Shown: positions 47,558 through 57,284 of the stretch, one piece after another | Position numbering within the stretch: the stretch's first letter is position 1 | Layout: every line of letters begins with the position of its first letter | Source of the DNA: Gammaproteobacteria bacterium | GTDB taxonomy: Bacteria > Pseudomonadota > Gammaproteobacteria > UBA9339 | DNA: 64,000 bases | NCBI GenBank assembly: GCA_041664965.1 | Contig: JBAYJT010000002.1 | Coordinates: 2,877-66,876, forward strand | Direction of reading: 5' to 3' | Notes under the pieces: generated by a model | Databases searched by the model: none | The model's input: only the letters and a program-made list of their open reading frames with translations | What the model was told of the DNA's origin: nothing | Program-made: the position numbers and the translations under genes

Positions 47558-48793
47558 TCAAACCAAACAAGCCAAAAACTGCGAGGCACTGATAGTTAGT
47601 ATTTTGCCAAAATGAGTGTTTTTTATATTTCGTACGTTTTCATTTTTTACGAGCTGTACACCGTGATTGCAATCTAGATATTTCATAAATACTGACCAAT
47701 TATCAGACAAGCTTTCATCGTTTAGTTTAACTTCTACTGGAAGCCAAGGCTTATTGTCTTTAACGATTAAGAAATCGATCTCTTTTTTCTGTTTGTTTCT
47801 AAGGTAACATAGCTGAAAATCGCCCTCTCCTGTATCAGTCAAATAATCGCAGTATTTTAATAAATGGGAAGCAACTAGATTTTCAAAACGATGCCCAGGA
47901 TCTTCGATTTCGCTCCAATCCCACAAATAAAGCTTGCCTTCTTTTTTGAGAGAACGAGGTAAAGATTTAAAATAAGGTTGAATTTTAAAAGCATAATAAA
48001 GCGCATACAAATAACCCATCCAGCGCTTGAGAGTTGTGTAAGCGACCTCTAAGTCTTCGCTTAAAGCCTGTAAACTTAGTACATTAGCTGCCCGCTCAGG
48101 CAATAGTGATACCAACATTTCTATTTGACTAAGCTCCGGCAATCGACTCAAATCACGCAGATCTTCTCTCACGATTTTTTCCACCCTACCCCTATGCCAC
48201 AAATTTAATGTCCTCGAGTCTTCCGATAACAGCGGCTCCGGAAAAGGACCAAACTTATCTAAAAGCTGCAAGTATTTTGCAGAATTTTTCACTTCTACAA
48301 AATCGGAATCAAATAAGTGTTCTAATAATTTCTCGTGAGATATAGACTGCTTCGGAGAAGCCAACTCTGCTAATGAAAATGGATGTAAACGGAAATGATG
48401 GTAACGCCCCAATAAACTATCACTTCCTCTACGATAAACATTTAGTTTGGCACTACCAGTTACTAAAATATCGCACGCCTCAGGAGAGGAATCATATACA
48501 CCTTTTAAGCTACGCTTCCAGAGTTTTGCCTTGTGAATTTCATCTAACACAATTAATGGCTTAATCCCAGAAGAACCATTAGAGGATGGAATAATTTGCG
48601 TAGGATCTTTAGTCCACAAACGTCGAAATTTAGTTTCATCCCAGTTGTAATACTGACCAATACCTCGCTGTTTAAGCAAAGTTCGTGCCATAGTTGTCTT
48701 TCCGCACTGCCTTGGCCCCGAAACAAAAGCCATTTTCCCTACAGAAAAACAAACTTCTTCAATAGCATTTTCTAGGTATCTACTTTTACTCAT
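47558..48793 (-). CDS. AAA_14/DUF4143-family ATPase (second paralogue)
   Basis: It has Walker A GPRQCGKTT and Walker B IVLDEIHK. The C-terminal ...EIDFLIV...PVEVKL... is the DUF4143 region. Confidence 0.8.
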   Translation of the reverse strand: MSKSRYLENAIEEVCFSVGKMAFVSGPRQCGKTTMARTLLKQRGIGQYYNWDETKFRRLWTKDPTQIIPSSNGSSGIKPLIVLDEIHKAKLWKRSLKGVYDSSPEACDILVTGSAKLNVYRRGSDSLLGRYHHFRLHPFSLAELASPKQSISHEKLLEHLFDSDFVEVKNSAKYLQLLDKFGPFPEPLLSEDSRTLNLWHRGRVEKIVREDLRDLSRLPELSQIEMLVSLLPERAANVLSLQALSEDLEVAYTTLKRWMGYLYALYYAFKIQPYFKSLPRSLKKEGKLYLWDWSEIEDPGHRFENLVASHLLKYCDYLTDTGEGDFQLCYLRNKQKKEIDFLIVKDNKPWLPVEVKLNDESLSDNWSVFMKYLDCNHGVQLVKNENVRNIKNTHFGKILTISASQFLACLV

Positions 48794-48864
48794 GTGACTA
48801 TTTTAGCGTCTAGCGATAAAAAAGTCAAATTGTGACTATTTTAGCGACTGACGCTAAAAAAGTC
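48794..48864. promoter_or_regulatory. two tandem ~34-bp imperfect palindromes in the divergent ATPase/recD2 promoter region
   Basis: GTGACTATTTTAGCGTCTAGCGATAAAAAAGTCA is followed by aat and then GTGACTATTTTAGCGACTGACGCTAAAAAAGTCA. The first unit begins directly after the ATPase start codon. Confidence 0.55.
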
Positions 48865-48915
48865 ATTTTCGTATCCCATCATGACTCCTCCTAAAATTTA
48901 AGGTAAACTCTTGCC

Positions 48916-51090
48916 ATGCCACCGCAAGAAACCCTTGAAAAACTCTCTGGACACATAGAACGCATCACTTTTCATAGCGAAGATACGGGGTTTTGCGTAC
49001 TGCGCGTAAAAGTGCGAGGTAAAACCGACCTTGTAACAATAATTGGCAACGCTGCAACTGTAACGAGCGGTGAATATTTAGAATGCCAAGGAACCTGGTT
49101 TAACGACAAAAACCATGGCCTGCAATTCAAAGCACAGGAACTAAAATTAGTCCCACCCACAACTAGCGAAGGCATCGAAAAATATTTAGCTTCCGGCCTA
49201 ATTCGCGGCGTCGGCGCTCACTTTGCCAAAGTTTTAGTTAAAGCCTTTGGCGCCGAAATTTTTGATGTTTTAGAAAATGCTCCAAACCGCTTAGATAAAC
49301 TTCCCGGTATTGGCGAAAAACGTAAAGAACAGATTTTAACTTCTTGGGTAGAACAAAAAGCTATTCGCGACATTATGATTTTTCTGCAAGGAAACGGCAT
49401 TGGAACGGCCAGAGCTGTGCGCATTTACAAAACTTATGGCGCCAACGCTATCGACAAAATCCGCGCCAATCCTTATTGTCTAGCTCTAGATGTTTATGGT
49501 ATTGGCTTTAAAACTGCCGATGAGTTTGCTCTCAAAATTGGCATAGGCAAAACGTCTATTCTTCGCGCCCAAGCTGGCATACGCCACGTTTTACAAGAAT
49601 TCGCATCGGGCGGCCACTCAGCCGTTTTAGAAGAAAAAGTTTTAGCCTCTGCAATAGAAATCTTAGAAATCCCCGCAGAAATCATTAAAAAAGCTATAGA
49701 CTTAGAAATCAAAGAAGAAAACATTACGGCAGAAGAGTTTGATAATGAAAATTTTTTATTTTTAACCACGCTCTACAAGGCTGAAGATTTAAGCACTAAG
49801 CACATCTTTCGCCTTAAAACCGGAAAACCAATTTGGGGAAATATAGACAGCGAAAAAGCTCTAAGTTGGGTAGAAAGCACCACTGGCTTGGCCTTATCTA
49901 ATTCACAACGCGCTGCCATTGACTTAGCCTTACGCGAAAAAGTTTTAATTATCACTGGCGGACCTGGCGTTGGTAAAACTACTATTATCAATAGTTTTCT
50001 TAAAATAGTCCGAGCTAAAGGCGTAAGCGTAGCGCTATGCGCACCTACGGGACGAGCCGCCAAGCGTCTATCAGAAACAACGCATCTACAAGCTAAAACA
50101 ATCCATAGACTCTTGGAATATGACGCTCAAACGCGCAATTTCACACGCCACCAGTTTAATCCGCTAGTCACTGATCTTGTTGTCGTCGACGAAGCGTCAA
50201 TGTTGGATATAGTACTTTTTTATAATTTACTCAAAGCTATACCAAATCATGCCGCGCTAATTTTAGTGGGCGACGTAGACCAGCTGCCTTCTGTGGGACC
50301 TGGCTCCGTGTTATCTGACTTAATTAAATCAGAATGTATACCGACTGTACGTTTGACAGAAATTTTTCGCCAAGCTGCATCTTCGCAAATCATCGTCAAT
50401 GCGCATCGCGTCAACCAAGGCCAGCTACCCTTTTCTAATCAAGATGAAGATAGAAAAACCGACTTTTATTTAATTCAAGCGGAAACTCCGGAAGAAATCC
50501 AAGAAAAATTGCTCTACGTTGTCACAGAAAGAATTCCCGAACGCTTTGGCTTTCATCCGCTACGCGATATTCAAGTTTTAACGCCGATGAACCGCGGCGG
50601 CTTAGGAGCGCGCGCACTCAATCAATTTCTGCAAACAGCGCTAAACCCTCGCGGAGAGCCGAAAATCACTCGCTTTGGCACAACTTTTGCAGTTGGCGAT
50701 AAAGTTATGCAAGTCGTAAATAATTACGACAAAGATGTTTTTAACGGCGATATCGGCTGTATTAAAATTATCGATTTAGAAAATCAAGAAGTGCATATCG
50801 ATTTTGACGGCAGAATGACGGCTTATTCTTATAACGACTTAGACGAACTAATGCTCGCCTATGCCACAACGATTCACAAAAGCCAAGGCTCAGAATATCC
50901 TTGTGTCGTCATTCCACTTGCCACACAACACTACATGCTTCTGGCGCGAAATCTCCTCTACACAGCCATAACCCGCGGCCGTAAACTCGTCGTTTTAATC
51001 GGCCAAATGAAAGCCATCGGCATGGCTGTCAAAAATGAAAAAACCTCGCAGCGTGTGACGAAGCTTGTACAACGTTTACAAAATATGTAA
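48916..51090 (+). CDS. RecD2-type SF1 helicase (RecD/TraA family)
   Basis: It has an N-terminal HhH region, Walker A GGPGVGKTT, VVVDEASM and GDVDQLPSVGPG, and the C-terminal AYATTIHKSQGSE. Confidence 0.88.
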   Translation: MPPQETLEKLSGHIERITFHSEDTGFCVLRVKVRGKTDLVTIIGNAATVTSGEYLECQGTWFNDKNHGLQFKAQELKLVPPTTSEGIEKYLASGLIRGVGAHFAKVLVKAFGAEIFDVLENAPNRLDKLPGIGEKRKEQILTSWVEQKAIRDIMIFLQGNGIGTARAVRIYKTYGANAIDKIRANPYCLALDVYGIGFKTADEFALKIGIGKTSILRAQAGIRHVLQEFASGGHSAVLEEKVLASAIEILEIPAEIIKKAIDLEIKEENITAEEFDNENFLFLTTLYKAEDLSTKHIFRLKTGKPIWGNIDSEKALSWVESTTGLALSNSQRAAIDLALREKVLIITGGPGVGKTTIINSFLKIVRAKGVSVALCAPTGRAAKRLSETTHLQAKTIHRLLEYDAQTRNFTRHQFNPLVTDLVVVDEASMLDIVLFYNLLKAIPNHAALILVGDVDQLPSVGPGSVLSDLIKSECIPTVRLTEIFRQAASSQIIVNAHRVNQGQLPFSNQDEDRKTDFYLIQAETPEEIQEKLLYVVTERIPERFGFHPLRDIQVLTPMNRGGLGARALNQFLQTALNPRGEPKITRFGTTFAVGDKVMQVVNNYDKDVFNGDIGCIKIIDLENQEVHIDFDGRMTAYSYNDLDELMLAYATTIHKSQGSEYPCVVIPLATQHYMLLARNLLYTAITRGRKLVVLIGQMKAIGMAVKNEKTSQRVTKLVQRLQNM

Positions 51091-51205
51091 TTTTTTCGCT
51101 TCCCCTTTGCATTTCACCCAAATACTAAGTAGAATGCTCGCGAGTTTGAAAGGGCAGACACGAGATCTGCCCCTACTTAAAAATGTAAGTCACGCCTTGG
51201 CGTGA

Positions 51206-51239
51206 TTGATTTATAAAGAATTATTGTAGACATGTTTTT
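51206..51239 (-). repeat. family-A repeat, copy 10 (truncated)
   Basis: The reverse complement is AAAAACATGTCTACAATAATTCTTTATAAATCAA. Confidence 0.65.
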
Positions 51240-51266
51240 AAATTAAAAAAGAGGTGTGCTTTTCTT

Positions 51267-51497
51267 ATGCCCGGTATACGAATTAAAGAGCAAGAATCAT
51301 TTGACGTAGCCTTACGTCGTTTTAAACGTATTTGCGAAAAAGCAGGTGTTTTAAGCAAATTACGTCAACTAGAATATTTCGAAAAACCTACGACCAAGCG
51401 CAAACGTAAAAAAGCCGCTGCGGTCAAAAGGCATATGAAGCGCCTTTCCAAAGAAAGTGATATTATGCGCGGCATTTATAACCGCGATCACGACTAA
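51267..51497 (+). CDS. rpsU: 30S ribosomal protein S21
   Basis: The sequence is [42 protein letters not shown]... Confidence 0.95.
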   Translation: MPGIRIKEQESFDVALRRFKRICEKAGVLSKLRQLEYFEKPTTKRKRKKAAAVKRHMKRLSKESDIMRGIYNRDHD

Positions 51498-51502
51498 TTT
51501 TT

Positions 51503-51961
51503 ATGAGCGAAAGTCTCTTAAAAACCAAAGTTCAAAAAGATATGACAGACGCTATGCGTGCCAAAGACACAGCGCGCCTGGCCACTATTCGCATGCTTTG
51601 GTCCGCAATTCGCCAACGTGAAATCGATGAGCGTATTACTCTCGACGACTCGCAAGTTATGTCTGTCATTGAAAAAGCCATTAAACAGCGCCGTGATTCC
51701 ATCGAACAATATCGCGCTGGAAATAGAGCCGATCTAGTCGCAAGCGAAACTTCCGAAATGGAAATTTTGCAATCTTACCTTCCAAAACCTCTTTCTGACA
51801 CTGAAATCGAAAGCCTACTCAAAGAAGCTATCGCCGAAACTGGTGCCGCCTCCATTAAAGATATGGGCAAAGTCATGAACATTGTCAAAACCAAGGCTCA
51901 AGGCCGCGTTGACATGGGCCAGATCGGCGCTCGTATTAAGGCGATACTAGGAAACACTTAA
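51503..51961 (+). CDS. GatB/YqeY-domain protein
   Basis: It has ...DMTDAMRAKDTARLATIRML...AIKQRRDSIEQYRAGNR.DL...KDMGKVM. It sits in the conserved position after rpsU. Confidence 0.88.
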   Translation: MSESLLKTKVQKDMTDAMRAKDTARLATIRMLWSAIRQREIDERITLDDSQVMSVIEKAIKQRRDSIEQYRAGNRADLVASETSEMEILQSYLPKPLSDTEIESLLKEAIAETGAASIKDMGKVMNIVKTKAQGRVDMGQIGARIKAILGNT

Positions 51962-51964
51962 AGT

Positions 51965-51989
51965 CAATACCGTGAAAAATACGGTATTG
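51965..51989 (+). terminator. hairpin downstream of the yqeY-like gene (possible terminator)
   Basis: It is CAATACCG-tgaaaaata-CGGTATTG followed by TTGT. The T-tract is weak. Confidence 0.4.
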
Positions 51990-52022
51990 TTGTAAAAGTA
52001 TTGATTGCTAGAATTCTCTAGC

Positions 52023-52664
52023 ATGAACAAACAACTTCCAACGCCACACGATCGATTTTTTCGCGCCACCATGACGCATCCAATTGACATAATAGATCAG
52101 CATCTAACAAAACATGGAGGAACGAAGTTGCCAGTTGTTTATCCCATGGTTTTTTATAATGGCCCAAAGCCTTATAAATACTCGACTGATCTTTTTGATC
52201 TCTTTGAAGAAGACAAAGATTTAGCATTGAAAATTTTCTGGAAACCCTTCGATTTGATTGACCTTACTCAAATTCCAGACGAAAAATTCAAAGATCATCT
52301 CATGTTTGGCGTTGCCGCAAAAGTCATGAAACACATTTATGACAAAGATTTTTTGTTATTTTTGAAAATACTTATTCAGGAATTAAGGAGAGTTGAATAT
52401 ACCGATAAAGAGCGGTATATTTGTGCTATATTTTCATACATACTAGCAGCCAGCGAAGTTTCTATAGAAGCATTCACTGAAACAGTTAGGGCTGGTTTAG
52501 TAGATCCAAGCGGGGAAAAGATCATGACACTAGCAGAACAGTTTAGACAAGAAGGCGTAAAAACCGTAGCTAAAAACCTGATTAAAAAAGGCCGTCCATT
52601 AGAGGAAATTGCGCAAGTAACCAATCTCTCTAAGCGCGAACTTAAAAAGCTGCGTAACACATAG
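52023..52664 (+). pseudogene. Rpn/YhgA-like recombination-promoting nuclease, internally deleted (nuclease core missing)
   Basis: The N-terminus LPTPHDRFFRATMTHP and the region from KLPVVYPMVFYNG to IMTLAEQFRQEG are collinear with E. coli RpnA. The ~90 aa carrying the PD-(D/E)XK core (D...EHQS) are absent, and the deletion is in frame. Confidence 0.62.
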
Positions 52665-52683
52665 CAGTTCTTGCAAAGTTCAA

Positions 52684-52794
52684 ATGACCCAAACCGAAAT
52701 CATCCGATCTACCGAAGAATTCGTCAAAGAAAAACTTGGCAATAACATCGCTAAAAAAGAGCAATTTAGCCAAGAATGGAACTTCAAAGTTTAA
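52684..52794 (+). pseudogene. 36-codon fragment resembling the N-terminus of an HD-domain hydrolase (weak)
   Basis: MTQTEIIRSTEEFVKEKLGNN... then stops. It runs into family-A repeat copy 11. Confidence 0.25.
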
Positions 52795-52797
52795 CCC

Positions 52798-52833
52798 ATT
52801 GATTTTAAAAGAAAACATGTAGACATGTTTTTT
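52798..52833 (-). repeat. family-A repeat, copy 11 (truncated)
   Basis: The reverse complement is AAAAAACATGTCTACATGTTTTCTTTTAAAATCAAT. Confidence 0.7.
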
Positions 52834-52840
52834 GGTAGAA

Positions 52841-52858
52841 ACAGGTTTAAAACCTGTC
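52841..52858. promoter_or_regulatory. perfect 18-bp palindrome ACAGGTTTTAAAACCTGT about 45 nt upstream of dnaG
   Basis: Read directly from the sequence. The function is unknown; it could be an operator or a hairpin. Confidence 0.4.
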
Positions 52859-52901
52859 TTTACAGTTGAATATCGAAGCGAAGCCAAGTATATTGCATAG
52901 C

Positions 52902-54674
52902 ATGCCAGGCCTAATACCACGCAATTTCATTAATGATTTGCTCGCCCGAATTGACATCGTCGACGTTATTTCGCCACGCATAAAATTACGCAAAACCGGT
53001 GGCAATTACTCGGCCCTCTGCCCTTTTCATAAAGAAAAAACGCCGTCTTTTTCGGTAAATCCAGCTAAACAGTTTTTTTACTGCTTTGGCTGCGGCGCAC
53101 ATGGCGATGCTATTAAATTCGTCATGCAATTTGATCGCCTAGATTTTCTAGATGCAGTCGAGCTCTTGGCCGGCCAAATCGGCTTAGAAGTACCTCATGA
53201 AACGCTTTCGCCCGAAAAGCAGGTCGCTTTGGAACAACATAAAAAATCTTATGATTTGCTCGCAAAAGTCGCTAATTTTTACGAAAAATCTCTAACAGAA
53301 TCGAGTAAAGCCGAAGATTATTTGCGTACCAGGGGCTTAAACGCCGAAGTTCGGAAACGCTATGCTTTAGGTTATGCGCCGGGTATGCGCGGCGGATTAG
53401 TTAATTATTTACAAAAAAATAATTTTAGTAATAAAGAAACTAGCGAAATTCTTTTACAAAATGGACTTTTACTCAAAAACGATTCCGGAACAATGCACGA
53501 GCGCTTTCGCGATCGCATTATGTTTCCGATTCGCGATAGACGCGGCAGAGTTATAGCCTTTGGTGGCAGAGCTTTTGGCGACGAAATGCCAAAATATTTA
53601 AATTCCCCTGAAACGCCGATTTTTCATAAGGGCTCCGAGCTTTATGGGCTCTACGAAGCACGCCAAGCCACGCCACATCTAGAGAAAGTTTTAGTTGTGG
53701 AAGGCTACATGGATGTTATTGCTTTAGCGCAATATGGTATTGACTTTGCCGTCGCTACCATGGGCACGGCCATTACTGATAAACATGTCCAAAAGTTGCT
53801 GCGCGAAACCAAAGAAATCATCTTTTCTTTCGATGGCGATAATGCTGGCCAAAATGCAGCCTGGCGTGCCTTAGAAAACATTTTGCCACTCATGCGCGAT
53901 GATATGCAGGTAAAATTTCTCTTTTTACCAACTAAAGACGATCCGGACAGCTATATTCGCAAGGAAGGCCAGCTAGCTTTTTTACGTAGCATAGAAAGCT
54001 CTGTTCCGCTTTCCGATTTCCTCTTTCAAAAGCTAAGTAGCGATTTAGACTTGAATAAGCCAGACGGCAGAGCTGTTTTTGTGCAAAAAACTCGTATTTT
54101 GCTCGACAAAATGCCCCAAGGAGTTTTCCAAGAAATGCTTTGGCAAAAGCTAGCACAATTGGTACATAGCGACGTAAACACCTTAAGAAAGACTCAGACC
54201 AGTGCGGAGCCTAGCCATCAACCTCCAGCAGAAATATACACTAGAAATAACTCTTTCCAACAACATAGCCTCCCACAACCCGCCAAAACTGCTTTGAGCC
54301 TGCTTTTGTATCATCCAGCCCTCGTGAAAGAAATTGTAGATTTAGAGGCAGTGCGATCTTTAAATTTACCGTCTTTATCCCTGCTTTTTTGGCTTTTTGA
54401 GCTACTCCAAAAGCGTCCAGACTTAACTTTGACAGAAATTCTAGAAAGCTGCCAAGATCCTGCCAAAATGCAGTTTTTAGCTGAAATTGCTATTAATCCA
54501 CCGCTTATCCCCCAATCTGGCCTAAAAAGCGAATTTTTAGGCGCTATAGACAAGCTACATGGCTTAAGTTTAGACCAAACTATCGATGAATTGATGCAAA
54601 AAAGCAGCCAAGGGACTATAACCAATGAAGAAAAAGCTTTGCTTTGCCAGCTTATAACTCAAAGCAAAAAATAA
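52902..54674 (+). CDS. dnaG: DNA primase
   Basis: The start is trimmed to MPGLIPRNFINDLLARIDIVDVIS. It has the Zn ribbon CPFHKEKTPSFSVNPAKQFFYCFGCG and the TOPRIM VVEGYMDV...DGDNAG. Confidence 0.93.
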   Translation: MPGLIPRNFINDLLARIDIVDVISPRIKLRKTGGNYSALCPFHKEKTPSFSVNPAKQFFYCFGCGAHGDAIKFVMQFDRLDFLDAVELLAGQIGLEVPHETLSPEKQVALEQHKKSYDLLAKVANFYEKSLTESSKAEDYLRTRGLNAEVRKRYALGYAPGMRGGLVNYLQKNNFSNKETSEILLQNGLLLKNDSGTMHERFRDRIMFPIRDRRGRVIAFGGRAFGDEMPKYLNSPETPIFHKGSELYGLYEARQATPHLEKVLVVEGYMDVIALAQYGIDFAVATMGTAITDKHVQKLLRETKEIIFSFDGDNAGQNAAWRALENILPLMRDDMQVKFLFLPTKDDPDSYIRKEGQLAFLRSIESSVPLSDFLFQKLSSDLDLNKPDGRAVFVQKTRILLDKMPQGVFQEMLWQKLAQLVHSDVNTLRKTQTSAEPSHQPPAEIYTRNNSFQQHSLPQPAKTALSLLLYHPALVKEIVDLEAVRSLNLPSLSLLFWLFELLQKRPDLTLTEILESCQDPAKMQFLAEIAINPPLIPQSGLKSEFLGAIDKLHGLSLDQTIDELMQKSSQGTITNEEKALLCQLITQSKK

Positions 54675-54687
54675 TCCCTAATTTGCT

Positions 54688-54726
54688 GTTTTTCTTTAAA
54701 ATCAATAGGTTATAATTTTAAATTTA
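54688..54726 (+). repeat. family-A repeat, copy 12 (lacks the ACATGTCTAC head)
   Basis: The sequence is GTTTTTCTTTAAAATCAATAGGTTATAATTTTAAATTT. Confidence 0.6.
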
Positions 54727-54847
54727 AGAATGGAAAAATGGAATGCCTGGCACCAGATGTACAAAAATTAAATTTTTTCACATTTTTTCTTTTCTTGTGC
54801 TATAACTCTCTGACGTTTAACAACTTTTATAGGGAATATCCAGTTTT

Positions 54848-57091
54848 ATGTCTACAAAAAATAAAAAGAAAAAGGCCAAGCCAGTGAAAAAAGTAGTCAA
54901 GAAAAAACCTGCTGCAAAAAAGTTAATATCTAAGAAATTAATAGTTAAAAAACCTAAAATCAAAAAAAAAGCAGCTAAAAAACCTGCCGTTAAAAAGCGA
55001 GCCCAAACACCTAAAAAAATCATCAAACCAGAAAAACCGACTCCAAAACTCAAAACCAAGACTGCGACCGCGACCCAAGCAGTTGCTCCAGCTACAGCGA
55101 CACAAGAACAGTCGGGTCTGCAAAAATTAATTTCAGAAGGCAAAAGAGACGGCTCTGTCTCGGTAAATGCTGTAAACGCTTATCTTTCTACTGACTTTGA
55201 TGTCGACCGCGTTGAAGAAGTAATTAACATGCTAAATGGCATGGGAATTGATGTTTGCAACGAACAAGATGATTCAGATGGAGCAGCAAAAGAAGCCGCT
55301 CCTATAGCGGCCCCGGTCGCTCCTGTTGTTGCTGCTACTTTAGGCGATGAAGAAGTTGGCTCAACGACCGATCCAGTACGCATGTATATGCGCGAAATGG
55401 GCAGCATTCCTCTTTTAGATCGTAAAGGAGAAATCGCTATAGCTAAACGCATCGAAGAAGGAACTCGCTACATGCTATCTGCTTTAACAGAATTTCCCGG
55501 CATTATCGAATCCATTATAAGTGACTATGAAAAAACTTTAACTGGGGAAAAACGCCTCTCTGACATTGTCACTGGATTCGTCGAAGATGACAAAGAAGCA
55601 GTTATTGATGAAAAATTAGCTATGCAATCCGAAGCTGATTTACTAGAAAATTTAGATGGTGAAGAAGATCTACCTCCTGACGCTATTGTAATGCCGAAAA
55701 AAACTCCAGAGCCTATCAAAGAGCCACCCAAAGTTGAAGTTAAAGAAAAAGATAAGAAAAAAAAGAAAAAAGATGATGAGGAAGGCGGGGACGAAAGCGG
55801 CGGAGAAGAAGCCGAAGAAGACACTAGCGAAGACGGAAACAGCTCTGATGACTTGGATTTATTTGACGGACCAGATCCAGAAGTAGCAAAAGAACACTTT
55901 GAAGAGTTAAAAAATTTAGACACCAAATATGCCAAAACCCTGAAAAAATATGGTCGCAAACACAAAAATACCGAAAAAGCGCAAAAGAATCTTACTGAAT
56001 GCTTTTTAAAATTCAAACTAACTGCTAAAGAGTTTCATAAACAAGGCACTAAACTGCGTCATCTCTTAGAAAATATTCGTGCACAAGAATTCCTAATCAT
56101 TGATGCTTGCGTAAAAAAAGCCAAAACCTTGCGCAAAAACTTTATCGCCTCTTTTGTCGGTAACGAGAGCGATTTAACATGGTTAGATCGATACATCTCT
56201 AAAAACAAAGACCGCGCTGCAATACTCCGCGAAAACGCAGCTAATATTCACCGCGCACAGAAAAAACTTTTAGCCATAGAGCAAGCAAATCGACTCAAAA
56301 TTCAAGAAATCAAAGAAGTGAATCGCCAAATGTCTATAGGCGAAACACAAGCTAGACGCGCCAAAAAAGAGATGATCGAAGCAAACTTACGCTTAGTAAT
56401 TTCTATCGCCAAAAAATACACTAACCGTGGTTTACAATTTCTAGATCTAATTCAAGAAGGCAATATAGGCCTAATGAAAGCGGTAGATAAATTTGAATAT
56501 CGCCGCGGTTATAAGTTTTCCACGTATGCAACTTGGTGGATCAGACAAGCCATAACGCGCTCTATTGCCGATCAAGCACGTACAATTCGTATTCCCGTTC
56601 ATATGATTGAAACCATTAACAAACTAAATCGAATTTCGCGTCAAATCCTACAAGAAACAGGATCGGAGCCAACTCCAGAGGAACTGAGCAAACTCATGCT
56701 TCTTAGCGAAGAAAAAATCCGAAAGATCCTAAAAATTGCCAAAGAACCAATTTCCATGGAAACGCCAATCGGCGATGATGAAGACTCTCACCTAGGCGAT
56801 TTTATTGAGGATAACAACACTCCTCCGCCTGTTGATTCTGCTACCGCATCAGGCTTAAGAGAAGCTATCGGTGAAGTATTGGCCTCTTTGTCTCCACGCG
56901 AAGCAAAAGTACTCCGCATGCGCTTTGGCATTAGCATGAACACTGATCATACTTTAGAAGAAGTTGGTAAACAATTCGACGTAACACGCGAACGTATTCG
57001 TCAGATCGAGGCTAAAGCACTCCGCAAATTACGCCATCCCAGCCGTGCCGAAAAAATGCTAAGTTTCCTAGATCGAGAAGATGATGAATAG
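54848..57091 (+). CDS. rpoD: RNA polymerase sigma-70 factor RpoD with ~87-aa Lys-rich N-terminal extension
   Basis: Regions 1.1 to 4.2 are recognisable ([12 protein letters not shown]...; [39 protein letters not shown]; [28 protein letters not shown]). The first 87 aa are K/A/P-rich. No alternative in-frame start lies upstream of region 1.1. Confidence 0.92.
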   Translation: MSTKNKKKKAKPVKKVVKKKPAAKKLISKKLIVKKPKIKKKAAKKPAVKKRAQTPKKIIKPEKPTPKLKTKTATATQAVAPATATQEQSGLQKLISEGKRDGSVSVNAVNAYLSTDFDVDRVEEVINMLNGMGIDVCNEQDDSDGAAKEAAPIAAPVAPVVAATLGDEEVGSTTDPVRMYMREMGSIPLLDRKGEIAIAKRIEEGTRYMLSALTEFPGIIESIISDYEKTLTGEKRLSDIVTGFVEDDKEAVIDEKLAMQSEADLLENLDGEEDLPPDAIVMPKKTPEPIKEPPKVEVKEKDKKKKKKDDEEGGDESGGEEAEEDTSEDGNSSDDLDLFDGPDPEVAKEHFEELKNLDTKYAKTLKKYGRKHKNTEKAQKNLTECFLKFKLTAKEFHKQGTKLRHLLENIRAQEFLIIDACVKKAKTLRKNFIASFVGNESDLTWLDRYISKNKDRAAILRENAANIHRAQKKLLAIEQANRLKIQEIKEVNRQMSIGETQARRAKKEMIEANLRLVISIAKKYTNRGLQFLDLIQEGNIGLMKAVDKFEYRRGYKFSTYATWWIRQAITRSIADQARTIRIPVHMIETINKLNRISRQILQETGSEPTPEELSKLMLLSEEKIRKILKIAKEPISMETPIGDDEDSHLGDFIEDNNTPPPVDSATASGLREAIGEVLASLSPREAKVLRMRFGISMNTDHTLEEVGKQFDVTRERIRQIEAKALRKLRHPSRAEKMLSFLDREDDE

Positions 57092-57284
57092 AACCTTGCA
57101 ATTTACCACATAAAGCTGTGGCAAAATAAGCTATACTGTGTTATCATGTCCTCAATAAAGGTGGTGTAAAACCTGAATAATCTGCGACACCGAAAGGTAT
57201 CGTAAGCGTCATGTAATGGCGTCAGACTCAGGGTACTGCCTTTTTTTATACCTACGATTCAACCAAAAAACAGGTAATATTTAA

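Noticed and set aside
48794-48864. Possible CRISPR array
   Set aside because: There are only two repeat units separated by 3 nt, with no unique spacers and no cas genes anywhere in the window. It is better explained as tandem operators.
54817-55143. Minus-strand ORFs of 108 and 61 aa, rich in Phe, at the 5' end of rpoD
   Set aside because: They are mirror images of the AAA/AAG (Lys) codon-rich rpoD extension. The open antisense frames are a compositional artefact.
57092-57284. Small RNA downstream of rpoD ending at the T-run 57241-57247
   Set aside because: I could not find a convincing GC-rich stem immediately preceding the T-run or a clear promoter. It may simply be the rpoD 3' UTR or the DUF3800 leader.
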